Shown one piece after another: positions 40,744 to 49,688 of a stretch of DNA of 64,000 nt (position 1 is its first letter; every line of letters starts with the position of its first letter). The position numbers and the translations under genes were made by a program. The notes below the pieces were generated by a model. It had not been told where the DNA came from, made no database searches, and was given only the letters and a program-made list of their open reading frames with translations. The stretch is from Spirulina sp. (GTDB lineage Bacteria > Cyanobacteriota > Cyanobacteriia > Phormidesmidales > Phormidesmidaceae), in contig JBIPSI010000011.1 of assembly GCA_044070495.1 (NCBI GenBank), positions 64,001 to 128,000 of the forward strand, in the 5' to 3' direction.

Positions 40744-40790
40744 GGCCTAGACACGCTCAAACGCATTTTTAGAATGAAATAGCCCTGCTT

Positions 40791-41177
40791 GAACAGGGAC
40801 TTTTCAATGAAGAGATTGCGCCGGAGGAACTGACCCAGGTACGCATGGGAAAGATCGTCCAAGACAAGTTTTCTGACCTAGAGCAGGAAGACTAGGAAGC
40901 GATTCGACCACACGCCATCGCCGCCCTTAACCTGGTGCAGCAGGGCAAAAAGATGGTGGGGGAGATGACGGGAACCTCTGTGGAGCGACAAGATCGGTTG
41001 GGGATACCTGTGCAACCCAAGGAATGGTTTTGCGTACCGTTAGGGGCCATCGAGGAGGCCATTGACAAGATCCAATCGGGTCATCTCCACCAGTTTTACT
41101 ATGATCCAAAAACCGCCAGCCTTCAGCCCATCTCAGAACGCCCTAGGGTGTCTCCAACGGACGCCAATCGCCGCTGA
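40791..41177 (+). pseudogene. Fused remnant of a helicase (YeeB-like) fragment and a T5orf172/GIY-YIG (YeeC-like) C-terminus
   Basis: PEELTQVRMGKIV..ED*EAIRPHAIAALNL (stop at 40893) continuing in frame into DRLGIPVQPKEWFCVPL..YDPKTASL. Confidence 0.55.
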
Positions 41178-44100
41178 AGAAAAACGCGGCCCAGTGGTAC
41201 GGGTGCTGATAGCGTCCTGTTTCTAGGGCGGCTAACTGCACCTGGCGCAGGGCTTCGCTGCGGCCTTCGCCAGCCTGCAAGCGCTCGTAGTATTGGGCCA
41301 TGAAAGCAGCAGTACCGCGATCACTCACCTTCCACAGGCTCATCACCTGGCTTTCGGCCCCGGCCATACCAAAGGCCCGCCGCAGCCCATAGACACCCTC
41401 GCCGCTGGCCACATCGCCCAGGCCCGTTTCGCAGGCACTGAGCACCACCAGGCGGGTGCCACGCAAGTCCAGCCCCGCCACTTCCAGGGCCGTGAGTACC
41501 CCATCTTCGCCCTCGCTGTCCCGTTGGTTAAACCCTGCCAAGGCCAACCCCGACCTCAGCAATGGGTTTTCCGCCGCCGCAAGCTGGGCTGGAGCCTCCC
41601 CCGATGATGGGCTGGGCGCATCGGGCAAGAAAAAGCCGTGGGTAGCCAAATGCAGAATGCTCGGCCCACGCACCTGTTTTAGGGCATTTTCCGTCGCCGC
41701 TGCCTCGGTCAGCACCACGGTATTCTCTGGCAGCAGGGGCCGAATCGCCGCCACTTCTGCCTCACTGCCAAGCAGGGGGCCAAAGCGCAAATTCGCAAAA
41801 TCCGCCGACCGTAACGCCCCCCGACTAGCCGATGCCACCAGGGAAATCCCCGCCGTATCCACCTGGTTAAAATCGGGATTAGCCACCACCACCGGGGGCT
41901 GGACAGTAGCCGCCTGTCGCTGAAGTCGCAGCAAATCTCGCCCACTGGTGAGTTGGGTGAGGGTGTAGGTTTCGATTAAATAACGGCCCTGGTCATCTAC
42001 CAAGGCGGCAAAGGGCAGCAGATTAAGCTGACCATCGGGGGACAACAGCAGGTGGGTGGCGTCGCCCAGCCAGGGCCGTAGGGGGGCCAACACCAAGGAC
42101 TCCACCGCCTGGGCCACGGGCTGAATATCTTCGGCATCATAGCAGGGGGTGGCGTTGGCTTCTCCGCAGCGCAGCACCTCCAAAAACTGCTGAAGGGCGC
42201 GATCTATCGTGGCGGCCTCGCCCAGGTCAGCCCACTGCATCTCCCCAGAGGGCTTCAGCAGGTAAGCGGCATAGCGAGGGGATCCAAACCCCCGACCCGT
42301 CACATCCCAAGGATGGTTATCGACCTCACTGCGCTGGAGATGCAGGGGATCGAAGGGACGATAGCGCACATATTCCACCAGCACCCCATCGGCGGGAATG
42401 CGGGCCTGAATATCCGCCAATTCTACAGGTGGAATCTCCGATGCTAGAGCCGCACTACGACGGGCTAAGGTCACCTCAATAGCGTCTATTTGGCTGCGGA
42501 GGGTGCGCTGTTGGGCCTGGGCCTGGGGAGAGGTAGCCGTTTCACCAAAGGAAATTGCCGCCAGTTGTTGCCGAAGCTGATCCAGTTCCGCCAACAGCCG
42601 TTGATCCTCTGGGTTGGGGTTGTTTTGCAGCAGTTCCAGGGTGTTCAGGCCCGCTTCCAAGACCCGCCCCTTACGACGCAGTAGGGTCGTGACCGCAAGC
42701 TGGGCCGCCGATGGATTATCGGGGGCCATTTTCAAATGCAAGGAAACCGCATGGCTGAGGGTGCTGGCGACGGAGTTGGCATAGCGCAGTCGTCCGGTCT
42801 CTCCCAGGTTGGCAAGGCTAAGATCAAACTGCTGCTGTTCTAGGGCAATACCCAACCCTAGGGTTTCCACCGCCTCGGCAATACGACCCTGGGCCTGGTA
42901 TAGCCCCGCCAGAGCATAAAAAAGAGGCACCCCCAAAAAAGGCACCCCATAACTCTGGAGATTCTCCCGATACATCCTGTCAGCAGCCGCCATGGCCCGC
43001 CGGTACAGTTGCTCGGCCTCATCATCACGACCCTGGCGTTGGGCATCTCTGGCCCGTTGCTCTAGGGTCATCGGGTGATTGATAGATTGACCCTCCAAAT
43101 CCGTGTCGTCCCCCGTTATCCCCGGTGTGACGGTCATGCTTGCGAACGGATCTACCCCGTCCCCCCTGCGACCCTGGGCGCGGTACGTCTCAGCGGCAAG
43201 ATCCAAGTAGTACATTCGCTCCAAAGAATCCGTCAAGCCATTGGCCAGTTGCAGCGCTTCGGTAATTAGGGGTTCGGCTTCGTCATAGCGTTGTTGCTGT
43301 TGGTAAACCCTGGCCAACTGCAACAGTGAAGATACCAAGCTCCGCTGGGTCACAAATCCATTGTTTACATCGTTCTGTCCTTGGGGCATCAGATTTTCCA
43401 GCACCGCCCGCTGCAAGGCCAAGCCTTCCTGGTAAAGAGCCACCGCTTGGGCAAAATCCCCTCGCATCTCCGCCATCAATCCCACACTTTCCACCGCCTG
43501 GATCAAATCCAGATGATTGGGATTGGGCATGGCCCGCACCATGGCTAGGGCTTCGGCGTAGGTACCTTCGGCATCGGCCCAGCGTTCTTGCATCCCATAA
43601 ACGGCACCTAAACCGAGCAGCGCATCCACGACTTCTGGCGAACTGTCCCCAAATTCTGCCCGCATCCTCGCGATTTCTGCTTCTGCGAACGGTAGTGACA
43701 GGGTAAACAAGCCATCTAAGGAGGTCTCTGGCCCGAAGGAAGGCATCGAGCTATGCATCCCCTGGTAGGTAAAGGCATTAGCCACGGGGCCACCGCTGGG
43801 CGTATCCCACCATAGGCGATAGCGCCCGGTGCGTTCTGGTGTGCGCGATCCCACCGTGACATGGTAGGCGTCGGTGGCGAGCAACGGCAGGGTGATCTGG
43901 GTGGCAGAACCGCTAGCCGCCGCCAGAAAGCCGCCCTCGGTGCTAAAGACTAGAACCACCAAATCCTCAAAATCATCGCTGGTTACGGCCAGGTTCACCG
44001 TTTGGCCCACCACCCCCTCAAACCGATGGATATTGAGATAACCTCCGGTCAGCGGCAGGCGCGGCAATTCAGCCAAGGGCACATTCGATAAGACAGGTTC

Positions 44101-44724
44101 ATAGAGATCAAGATAGCCCATTTGATCGGCCCGCAAACTGCGCTCATCCAACTGCCCTACCACGCTGTTGGGCAAGGTTTGGGGCAACCTCGCGATGGCA
44201 TCCGGATTCATGGGAACGCCCCGACCCGCCTCGGACATCAGCAGTGCCAGGGTGTAGTAGGTGGTAGCGTCGTCGTGGCGCTCTAGCTGGCTAAGCACCT
44301 GGGCCACCTGCTTAAAGCCATTGGGAAGGTTGGGATTCTCCGACGGCAACACCTGCTCCAACACCCGCAGGGCCGCTTCGACCCGATCCAGGGCCGCTTC
44401 ATAACGGCTTGCCCTAAACAGTTGCGTCGCCTCCTCGTACAGCCGTTCGGCATCAGCCAGGGTGGGCTGGGTCACCTGGGCCAGCCGCCATAACGGGGGC
44501 GCTTTAGGATCGGTTTGAGGATTTGTTTGAGGATCGGTCTGATAGGTTGCCTGATGGGCCACCTGAGGAACAGGTTGAGAGCCAGGTTGAAGGGCTCCTT
44601 GGGAGACCGTTTGACGAGGCTGTCGATCCAGCGGCGCAAGCCCCAACGCCCAAGCTGGCCCTGAAGTCTGTCCCCCCAAAAGCCCAGTCAGCAGAAAAGC
44701 TGCGATGCCGTGCCGTCGTTTCAT
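41143..44724 (-). CDS. Secreted TPR + CHAT (caspase-like) domain protein with PPC-like domain
   Basis: Signal peptide, TPR repeats, LHLATHGFF and VVLSACETGLG catalytic motifs, HPYHWAAF. Confidence 0.92.
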   Translation of the reverse strand: MKRRHGIAAFLLTGLLGGQTSGPAWALGLAPLDRQPRQTVSQGALQPGSQPVPQVAHQATYQTDPQTNPQTDPKAPPLWRLAQVTQPTLADAERLYEEATQLFRASRYEAALDRVEAALRVLEQVLPSENPNLPNGFKQVAQVLSQLERHDDATTYYTLALLMSEAGRGVPMNPDAIARLPQTLPNSVVGQLDERSLRADQMGYLDLYEPVLSNVPLAELPRLPLTGGYLNIHRFEGVVGQTVNLAVTSDDFEDLVVLVFSTEGGFLAAASGSATQITLPLLATDAYHVTVGSRTPERTGRYRLWWDTPSGGPVANAFTYQGMHSSMPSFGPETSLDGLFTLSLPFAEAEIARMRAEFGDSSPEVVDALLGLGAVYGMQERWADAEGTYAEALAMVRAMPNPNHLDLIQAVESVGLMAEMRGDFAQAVALYQEGLALQRAVLENLMPQGQNDVNNGFVTQRSLVSSLLQLARVYQQQQRYDEAEPLITEALQLANGLTDSLERMYYLDLAAETYRAQGRRGDGVDPFASMTVTPGITGDDTDLEGQSINHPMTLEQRARDAQRQGRDDEAEQLYRRAMAAADRMYRENLQSYGVPFLGVPLFYALAGLYQAQGRIAEAVETLGLGIALEQQQFDLSLANLGETGRLRYANSVASTLSHAVSLHLKMAPDNPSAAQLAVTTLLRRKGRVLEAGLNTLELLQNNPNPEDQRLLAELDQLRQQLAAISFGETATSPQAQAQQRTLRSQIDAIEVTLARRSAALASEIPPVELADIQARIPADGVLVEYVRYRPFDPLHLQRSEVDNHPWDVTGRGFGSPRYAAYLLKPSGEMQWADLGEAATIDRALQQFLEVLRCGEANATPCYDAEDIQPVAQAVESLVLAPLRPWLGDATHLLLSPDGQLNLLPFAALVDDQGRYLIETYTLTQLTSGRDLLRLQRQAATVQPPVVVANPDFNQVDTAGISLVASASRGALRSADFANLRFGPLLGSEAEVAAIRPLLPENTVVLTEAAATENALKQVRGPSILHLATHGFFLPDAPSPSSGEAPAQLAAAENPLLRSGLALAGFNQRDSEGEDGVLTALEVAGLDLRGTRLVVLSACETGLGDVASGEGVYGLRRAFGMAGAESQVMSLWKVSDRGTAAFMAQYYERLQAGEGRSEALRQVQLAALETGRYQHPYHWAAFFFSGDWRPLETP

Positions 44725-45036
44725 AGGTTGCTATTTTGGTGATGGGTGGTGGTGTGCCTAGGATGATCCTAGTTCCCAACCCCAAGAGCCTATTCACCCC
44801 AGCGACTCTAGATCAACACCCTGGGATTCAATCGTTCGGCTAATTGCTCATCTGGGAGGCGTTGCGGGGGAAAGATGCCAAACCCAGCGTAAAGTTTTAT
44901 GATGGGAGGGACTTAGCCAAGGATATCCCTATCATCCTTATCCCCGGTGTCCTAGGGGGTGGCTGTTGTCAGTGGTTCTGGTCTACCGCTAGAGTCCAAA
45001 GAGCAATGTTCGTTCTAGGAATCGCGAGGTGTCGCT

Positions 45037-45324
45037 GTGTCGGTTGAAACGATTGAAAAGAAGTCAACCTCAACCCTTCGTAAACCAGCTCCCCGCTATC
45101 GGGTTCTGCTTCACAACGACGAATTCAACTCCATGGAGTACGTTGTGGAATCCCTATTAAAGGTGGTGCCTAGCCTCACCATGCCCCAAGCCGTAGACAT
45201 TATGATGCAGGCCCACACAGCGGGGGTCGCTCTAGTGATTACCTGCGCCCTAGAACACGCCGAATTTTATAGCGAAGGGCTATGCAACCTAGGGCTAACC
45301 AGCACCATTGAGCCGGATGAATAG
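45037..45324 (+). CDS. clpS: Clp protease adaptor ClpS
   Basis: YRVLLHNDEFNSMEYVV, CALEHAEFY. Confidence 0.95.
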   Translation: MSVETIEKKSTSTLRKPAPRYRVLLHNDEFNSMEYVVESLLKVVPSLTMPQAVDIMMQAHTAGVALVITCALEHAEFYSEGLCNLGLTSTIEPDE

Positions 45325-45329
45325 GCCGG

Positions 45330-46211
45330 ATGAAGAGCTGGATGAATAAATGGCAAGTGGCCAAGTGGCCCGCCCTGATGCGGGTTTTTGTGTTTTTGGT
45401 ACTAGCGGTAGCCCTGTGGTTTCCCGTGGCTTGGCCCTTCTATCGGCTGTCTAGCCAGGGCAGACTCCCCGGCGGCGATCTCATTCCCACCGCTATGCTT
45501 TATGGGGTGTTCTTGGCCCTACTACCCTTCTGGCAGCGGCGGGTGCATGGTTTGCGGCATCCTTGGCGGGCCATCGGGTTCACCGGGGTTCGTCGCCTGG
45601 GGTGGGGTTGGCTGGTGGGGTTGGGGCTGGGGGTTGTCAGCATTGTGGCCCTAGGGGTGATTCAGCTCGTGATGGGCTGGGCGGTGCCCAATGCCGAGGC
45701 CATCGCCAACGAACCCTGGATAGCCATTATTTTCGGTGGCGCACTCACGGCCCTAGCGGTGGGGTGGTCAGAGGAAGTCCTCTTTCGTGGCTGGCTGCTG
45801 GGGGAACTGGAACAGGGGTTATCGGCACCGATGGCGCTAGGGGTCAACAGTTTGCTGTTTGCGGTCGCCCACTTCATCAAACCCCTGGCGGTAATGCTGC
45901 AAATGCTGCCCCAGTTTCTGGGCCTGCTGCTGCTAGGCATGACCCTCGTTTGGGCGCGGCGGGTGGCCCTGCTACCCCATCCTCGCCAAGGCAGCCTGGG
46001 GCCTGCGGTAGGGCTGCACAGCGGCCTAGTGTGGATGTATTACGTGCTGAATGTGGGCCATCTCCTCCAGCCCACGGGTCGTGTTCCGGCCTGGGTAACG
46101 GGGCTGGATGGCAACCCCCTGGCCGGGATTTTGGGCATTACCTTGCTGCTGAGTCTTGCCCTGGGGTTCCGCCGCTGGATGGTTCAGTCCCAAGCCACCC
46201 GATACGAGTGA
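45330..46211 (+). CDS. CPBP family intramembrane glutamic endopeptidase
   Basis: EEVLFRG, FAVAH, GLHSG motifs. Confidence 0.9.
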   Translation: MKSWMNKWQVAKWPALMRVFVFLVLAVALWFPVAWPFYRLSSQGRLPGGDLIPTAMLYGVFLALLPFWQRRVHGLRHPWRAIGFTGVRRLGWGWLVGLGLGVVSIVALGVIQLVMGWAVPNAEAIANEPWIAIIFGGALTALAVGWSEEVLFRGWLLGELEQGLSAPMALGVNSLLFAVAHFIKPLAVMLQMLPQFLGLLLLGMTLVWARRVALLPHPRQGSLGPAVGLHSGLVWMYYVLNVGHLLQPTGRVPAWVTGLDGNPLAGILGITLLLSLALGFRRWMVQSQATRYE

Positions 46212-46253
46212 TCGGCCCTAGGCTTCGACGCCGCCTAGGGCAGCCCCCAGGGG

Positions 46254-48416
46254 CTAGGCCAGCGTTCGGCGGTTCGCTCGTTCCATCAGCATGGCCTGGG
46301 AACTGCGGGTTTCCTCTGGGCTGGGGGGCTGGCGCTGGGTATAGGTGCCGTCGGGGTGCATATCCCAGGCTTGGCGGTTGTCCTGAAGCATGACCTTCAA
46401 AATGAACCGCAGTTCGGCCCGGATGGCTGGATCGGTAATGGGAACAACCACCTCAACCCGGCGATCCAGGTTGCGGGGTGTCCAGTCGGCACTGCCCAGC
46501 AGGAAACTTTCCTCGCCACCGCCATGGAAGTAGAAAATCCGCGAATGCTCTAAAAATTGGCCAATAATGCTCATGACGCGGATGTTGTCGCTGATACCCG
46601 GTAGCCCAGGGCGCAGACAGCAGATCCCGCGAATAATCAGATCGATGGTGACTCCCGCCTGGGAGGCTTGGTACAGCAAATAAATGAGTTCTGGATCCAC
46701 CAAAGCATTCATTTTGATGATGATGTGACCTTTTCGGCCCTGCTGTACCTGCTGGATTTCGTCATGAATCAGAGCCACAAATCGCTGGCGTAGGGTGAGG
46801 GGAGCCACGAAGAGTTGACGGTACTGGTGTTGGCGAGAATAGCCCGTTAGGTAATTAAAGAGATCGGAAATATCGGCCCCTAGGTCGGCCTGGGCACTCA
46901 GGAGGCCGAGGTCGGTATAAAAGCGGGCGGTTTTGGGATTGTAGTTGCCGGTACTGAGGTGACAATAGCGCCGGAGATGATCCCCTTCCCGACGTACCAC
47001 GAGCGTCGTTTTGGTGTGGGTTTTTAGCCCCATCAAACCGTAAACGACATGAACACCGGATCGTTCTAGCTTTTTCGCCCAGTTAATGTTGTTTTCTTCG
47101 TCAAACCGGGCCTTAAGCTCGACTAAGACGGTCACCTGCTTGCCGTTAGCCGCCGCCGCAATCAGGGCATTCACAATCGGAGAATCCCCGGAGGTGCGAT
47201 ACAGGGTCATCTTGATCGCCAACACCTGGGGATCGTGGGCCGCCTGGGAGATAAACCGCTGTACCGTGGCCGAAAAGGCATGGTACGGGTGATGAAACAG
47301 TTGATCCTGACGGCGCACTAGGGCAAAGAGATCCGCCGTGTCCTCTCGATCACCCTCTGCCTCCATTACCCGGGGTTGCCCTAGGGCGGCGAAGGCCGGG
47401 GGAACGGTAGGCACCCAAACCGGAGCTTTCAGGTCGGGGAGGGGCAAATCCATAAAGGTCGCGACATCGCCCAGGCCCAGCAGACCATCCACGGCGTAGA
47501 CATCCACCGCCGTCAGGCCCAGTTCCGCCATCACCATCGCCCGGAGTGCCGGGGGGGTGCGTCGTTGAATTTCCAGGCGCACCGCCGATCCCCCTAGGCG
47601 TCGTTTCCGTAGCTCCTGTTCAATGGCCAGCATCAGGTCGTCGGCCTCGTCCTCCGCCACCGTCAGGTCAGCGTCGCGGGTGAGGCGAAACAGCGTCTGG
47701 GATTGGATGGTCATGCCAGGGAAGAGCGCCCCGATATGGTGGGTCATCACCTGATCGAGGGGAATACCGCACCAGTGGCAGGGCTGACGGCGTTTCGACC
47801 ACAGTTCCTCCGGCAGGGCCATAAACCGGGGCAACACTCGGGGTACCTTCACCCTGGCGACGTGGGTAACCTGGGTGCGAGGATCCTCCAGCACCACGGC
47901 CAAACTGAGGCTGAGATTGGAAATATAGGGGAACGGATGCCCCGGATCCACCGCCAGTGGAGTGAGGACGGGAAAGAGGTGATCCTCGAAATAGTGGTTG
48001 AGATACTGGCGCTGAGCCTGGTTAAGCTGACGATAGTGCAACACATAGATCCCGTTTTCGGCCATGCGGGATCGGAGGACGCGGTTAAAAAAACGGTGCT
48101 GCTGCTGCACCATCGGCCCCAGGGTACGGTGGATCAATTGAAGCTGCTGGCTGGGGGTGCGGCCATCGGGAGATTTGACCGTCACCTGGGCTTCGATTTG
48201 CTGCTTAACTGCCGCCACCCGCACCATGAAGTACTCGTCTAGGTTGCGGCTAAAGATGGCCAGCAACTTCAGGGATTCCAGTAATGGCGTTCGTTCGTCT
48301 AGGGCTTCGTGGAGAACCCGGCGGTTAAACTCCAGCCAACTGAGTTCGCGGCTGAGGTAGTAGGCCGGATCGCTCCAGCACTGGGCTGAGAGAGAATGCA
48401 CTTCGGCGGCAGTCAT
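46254..48416 (-). CDS. ppk1: Polyphosphate kinase 1
   Basis: RELSWLEFN.RVL, HPFPYIS, ELKARFDEENNI, KTHTK, LEHSRI. Confidence 0.97.
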   Translation of the reverse strand: MTAAEVHSLSAQCWSDPAYYLSRELSWLEFNRRVLHEALDERTPLLESLKLLAIFSRNLDEYFMVRVAAVKQQIEAQVTVKSPDGRTPSQQLQLIHRTLGPMVQQQHRFFNRVLRSRMAENGIYVLHYRQLNQAQRQYLNHYFEDHLFPVLTPLAVDPGHPFPYISNLSLSLAVVLEDPRTQVTHVARVKVPRVLPRFMALPEELWSKRRQPCHWCGIPLDQVMTHHIGALFPGMTIQSQTLFRLTRDADLTVAEDEADDLMLAIEQELRKRRLGGSAVRLEIQRRTPPALRAMVMAELGLTAVDVYAVDGLLGLGDVATFMDLPLPDLKAPVWVPTVPPAFAALGQPRVMEAEGDREDTADLFALVRRQDQLFHHPYHAFSATVQRFISQAAHDPQVLAIKMTLYRTSGDSPIVNALIAAAANGKQVTVLVELKARFDEENNINWAKKLERSGVHVVYGLMGLKTHTKTTLVVRREGDHLRRYCHLSTGNYNPKTARFYTDLGLLSAQADLGADISDLFNYLTGYSRQHQYRQLFVAPLTLRQRFVALIHDEIQQVQQGRKGHIIIKMNALVDPELIYLLYQASQAGVTIDLIIRGICCLRPGLPGISDNIRVMSIIGQFLEHSRIFYFHGGGEESFLLGSADWTPRNLDRRVEVVVPITDPAIRAELRFILKVMLQDNRQAWDMHPDGTYTQRQPPSPEETRSSQAMLMERANRRTLA

Positions 48417-48477
48417 GGCCCTATGGCACCTCCCGTTGGCTGGTCCAGCGGTCGCCTAACACAATTACCTTAATCAA

Positions 48478-48507
48478 GGATTCATTGCAGGTTTACGTTA
48501 AGTTAAT
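48478..48507 (-). promoter_or_regulatory. Putative SphR Pho box upstream of ppk1
   Basis: ATTAACTT-N3-GTAAACCT-N3-ATGAATCC, 11-bp period like CTTAACCT repeats. Confidence 0.45.
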
Positions 48508-48511
48508 CATC

Positions 48512-49612
48512 CTACCCTGAATGTCTAGGAGGCGTATAGGCCAGGAACCGTAGGCAACTGTACAACTGAAAGGCAGCATCCCAGGGAGAGGGCTCACTGC
48601 GGTTGAGTTCCAGGTAGGGGGAAATCTCCGGTAGCAGGTCGATGAAATCGAGGGCGCTCTCGCCAAAACCTTTGAAATCTCGATAGAGCGAGGGTACAAT
48701 CGCCTGCTCAAACAGGGTTTTGAGGGCTTTCCAGGCCGTGGCTGCAATTAAGGGGCCATCCACCGGGGGTTCCCACAAACCGGGCACCGGGGCCGACTCT
48801 CGATAGCGGTAGGTACGATCACAAAACCGCAACACACAGCCCCGACCGTGGAGATGCCAGTCCAGCACCTCTGTATAGTCCTGGGTCGTTTCCTTCCGTT
48901 GCAGCTTGCCCCAGGGGCCAAGGTCTACCACCGACTCATAAATGGGCAGCAAACCCAGCACCCACTGGCTAATCTCCGACCATTGCAGTTGCAGGGTACC
49001 CTTCTGGCCGCTGGCATTCTGGCACAGTACGGTAATCTGCGGGGCAAAACTTTGGATCGTGTGTACCCGAAATACGGGCAGCGCCTTGATGTCTTCCATG
49101 GACGACCAAAAGCAAGGCACCCGTTGCTGACGCAGTTGTTCGCCCACGTAGCGCAGTTCCCCCATGGCCCCCGTGCGGTGCAGCCGCCAATACTGACTAG
49201 GCAAGCGAGTGCGGGCCGTGTAGGGATCAATCTGCATCACCTTGGCTAAGCCCTGGGCCGCTTCCTGTCGCTGATCGCCCACCACGGGCTGAAGCACCAA
49301 TACGCCTGCCACCTCCGATCCTGGCTGGGCCTTAGCGGCGTTGAGATCGTGCTCTCGCTGACGAGCCAGGTGATCCCGTACCCGCTTAATGCCCTCCCTC
49401 GCCTGACTCAGCACCTTGGTATTGGCCGTCGTTTGCAGCAGTTTCGTATAGGTTGTTTGCGCCCTTTCTAGCTCACCTTTCGCCTCCCAATACTGCCCCA
49501 TGGCTAAGGCTAACCAGGGATCCTTAGGCTTTTCCTGCTGCCACTGCTTAATCAGTTGGGCCGCCTGGGTCAGTTGTTGCGCCTGGAGAGCAGCGGAGAC
49601 CAGATCGTACAT
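48512..49612 (-). CDS. Conserved cyanobacterial protein with N-terminal TPR-like helices
   Basis: QAREGI.R, ILRFCDRTY, WDAAFQLYSCL patterns. Confidence 0.7.
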   Translation of the reverse strand: MYDLVSAALQAQQLTQAAQLIKQWQQEKPKDPWLALAMGQYWEAKGELERAQTTYTKLLQTTANTKVLSQAREGIKRVRDHLARQREHDLNAAKAQPGSEVAGVLVLQPVVGDQRQEAAQGLAKVMQIDPYTARTRLPSQYWRLHRTGAMGELRYVGEQLRQQRVPCFWSSMEDIKALPVFRVHTIQSFAPQITVLCQNASGQKGTLQLQWSEISQWVLGLLPIYESVVDLGPWGKLQRKETTQDYTEVLDWHLHGRGCVLRFCDRTYRYRESAPVPGLWEPPVDGPLIAATAWKALKTLFEQAIVPSLYRDFKGFGESALDFIDLLPEISPYLELNRSEPSPWDAAFQLYSCLRFLAYTPPRHSG

Positions 49613-49688
49613 GGGGATCGTGGGGTAGGTAGGGGGCGGGGTTGGGGCGCACTGCGGTGCGCCCGTACGGGGGCTTAGGAGGACTGGG

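Larger units (their letters stand above)
39814..40787 (+). mobile_element. Decayed ISAs1-family element, 5' truncated, interrupted by two MITEs
   Basis: KTNEIKALP, LKGNQ, HGRIE, IRGYWGVENKVH, EDASRIR, FRMK*; right end ATGAAATAGCCCTG; frameshifts and stops. Confidence 0.85.

Noticed and set aside
44510..44545. QTDPQTNPQTDP repeat in the CHAT protein
   Set aside because: Short low-complexity linker after the signal peptide
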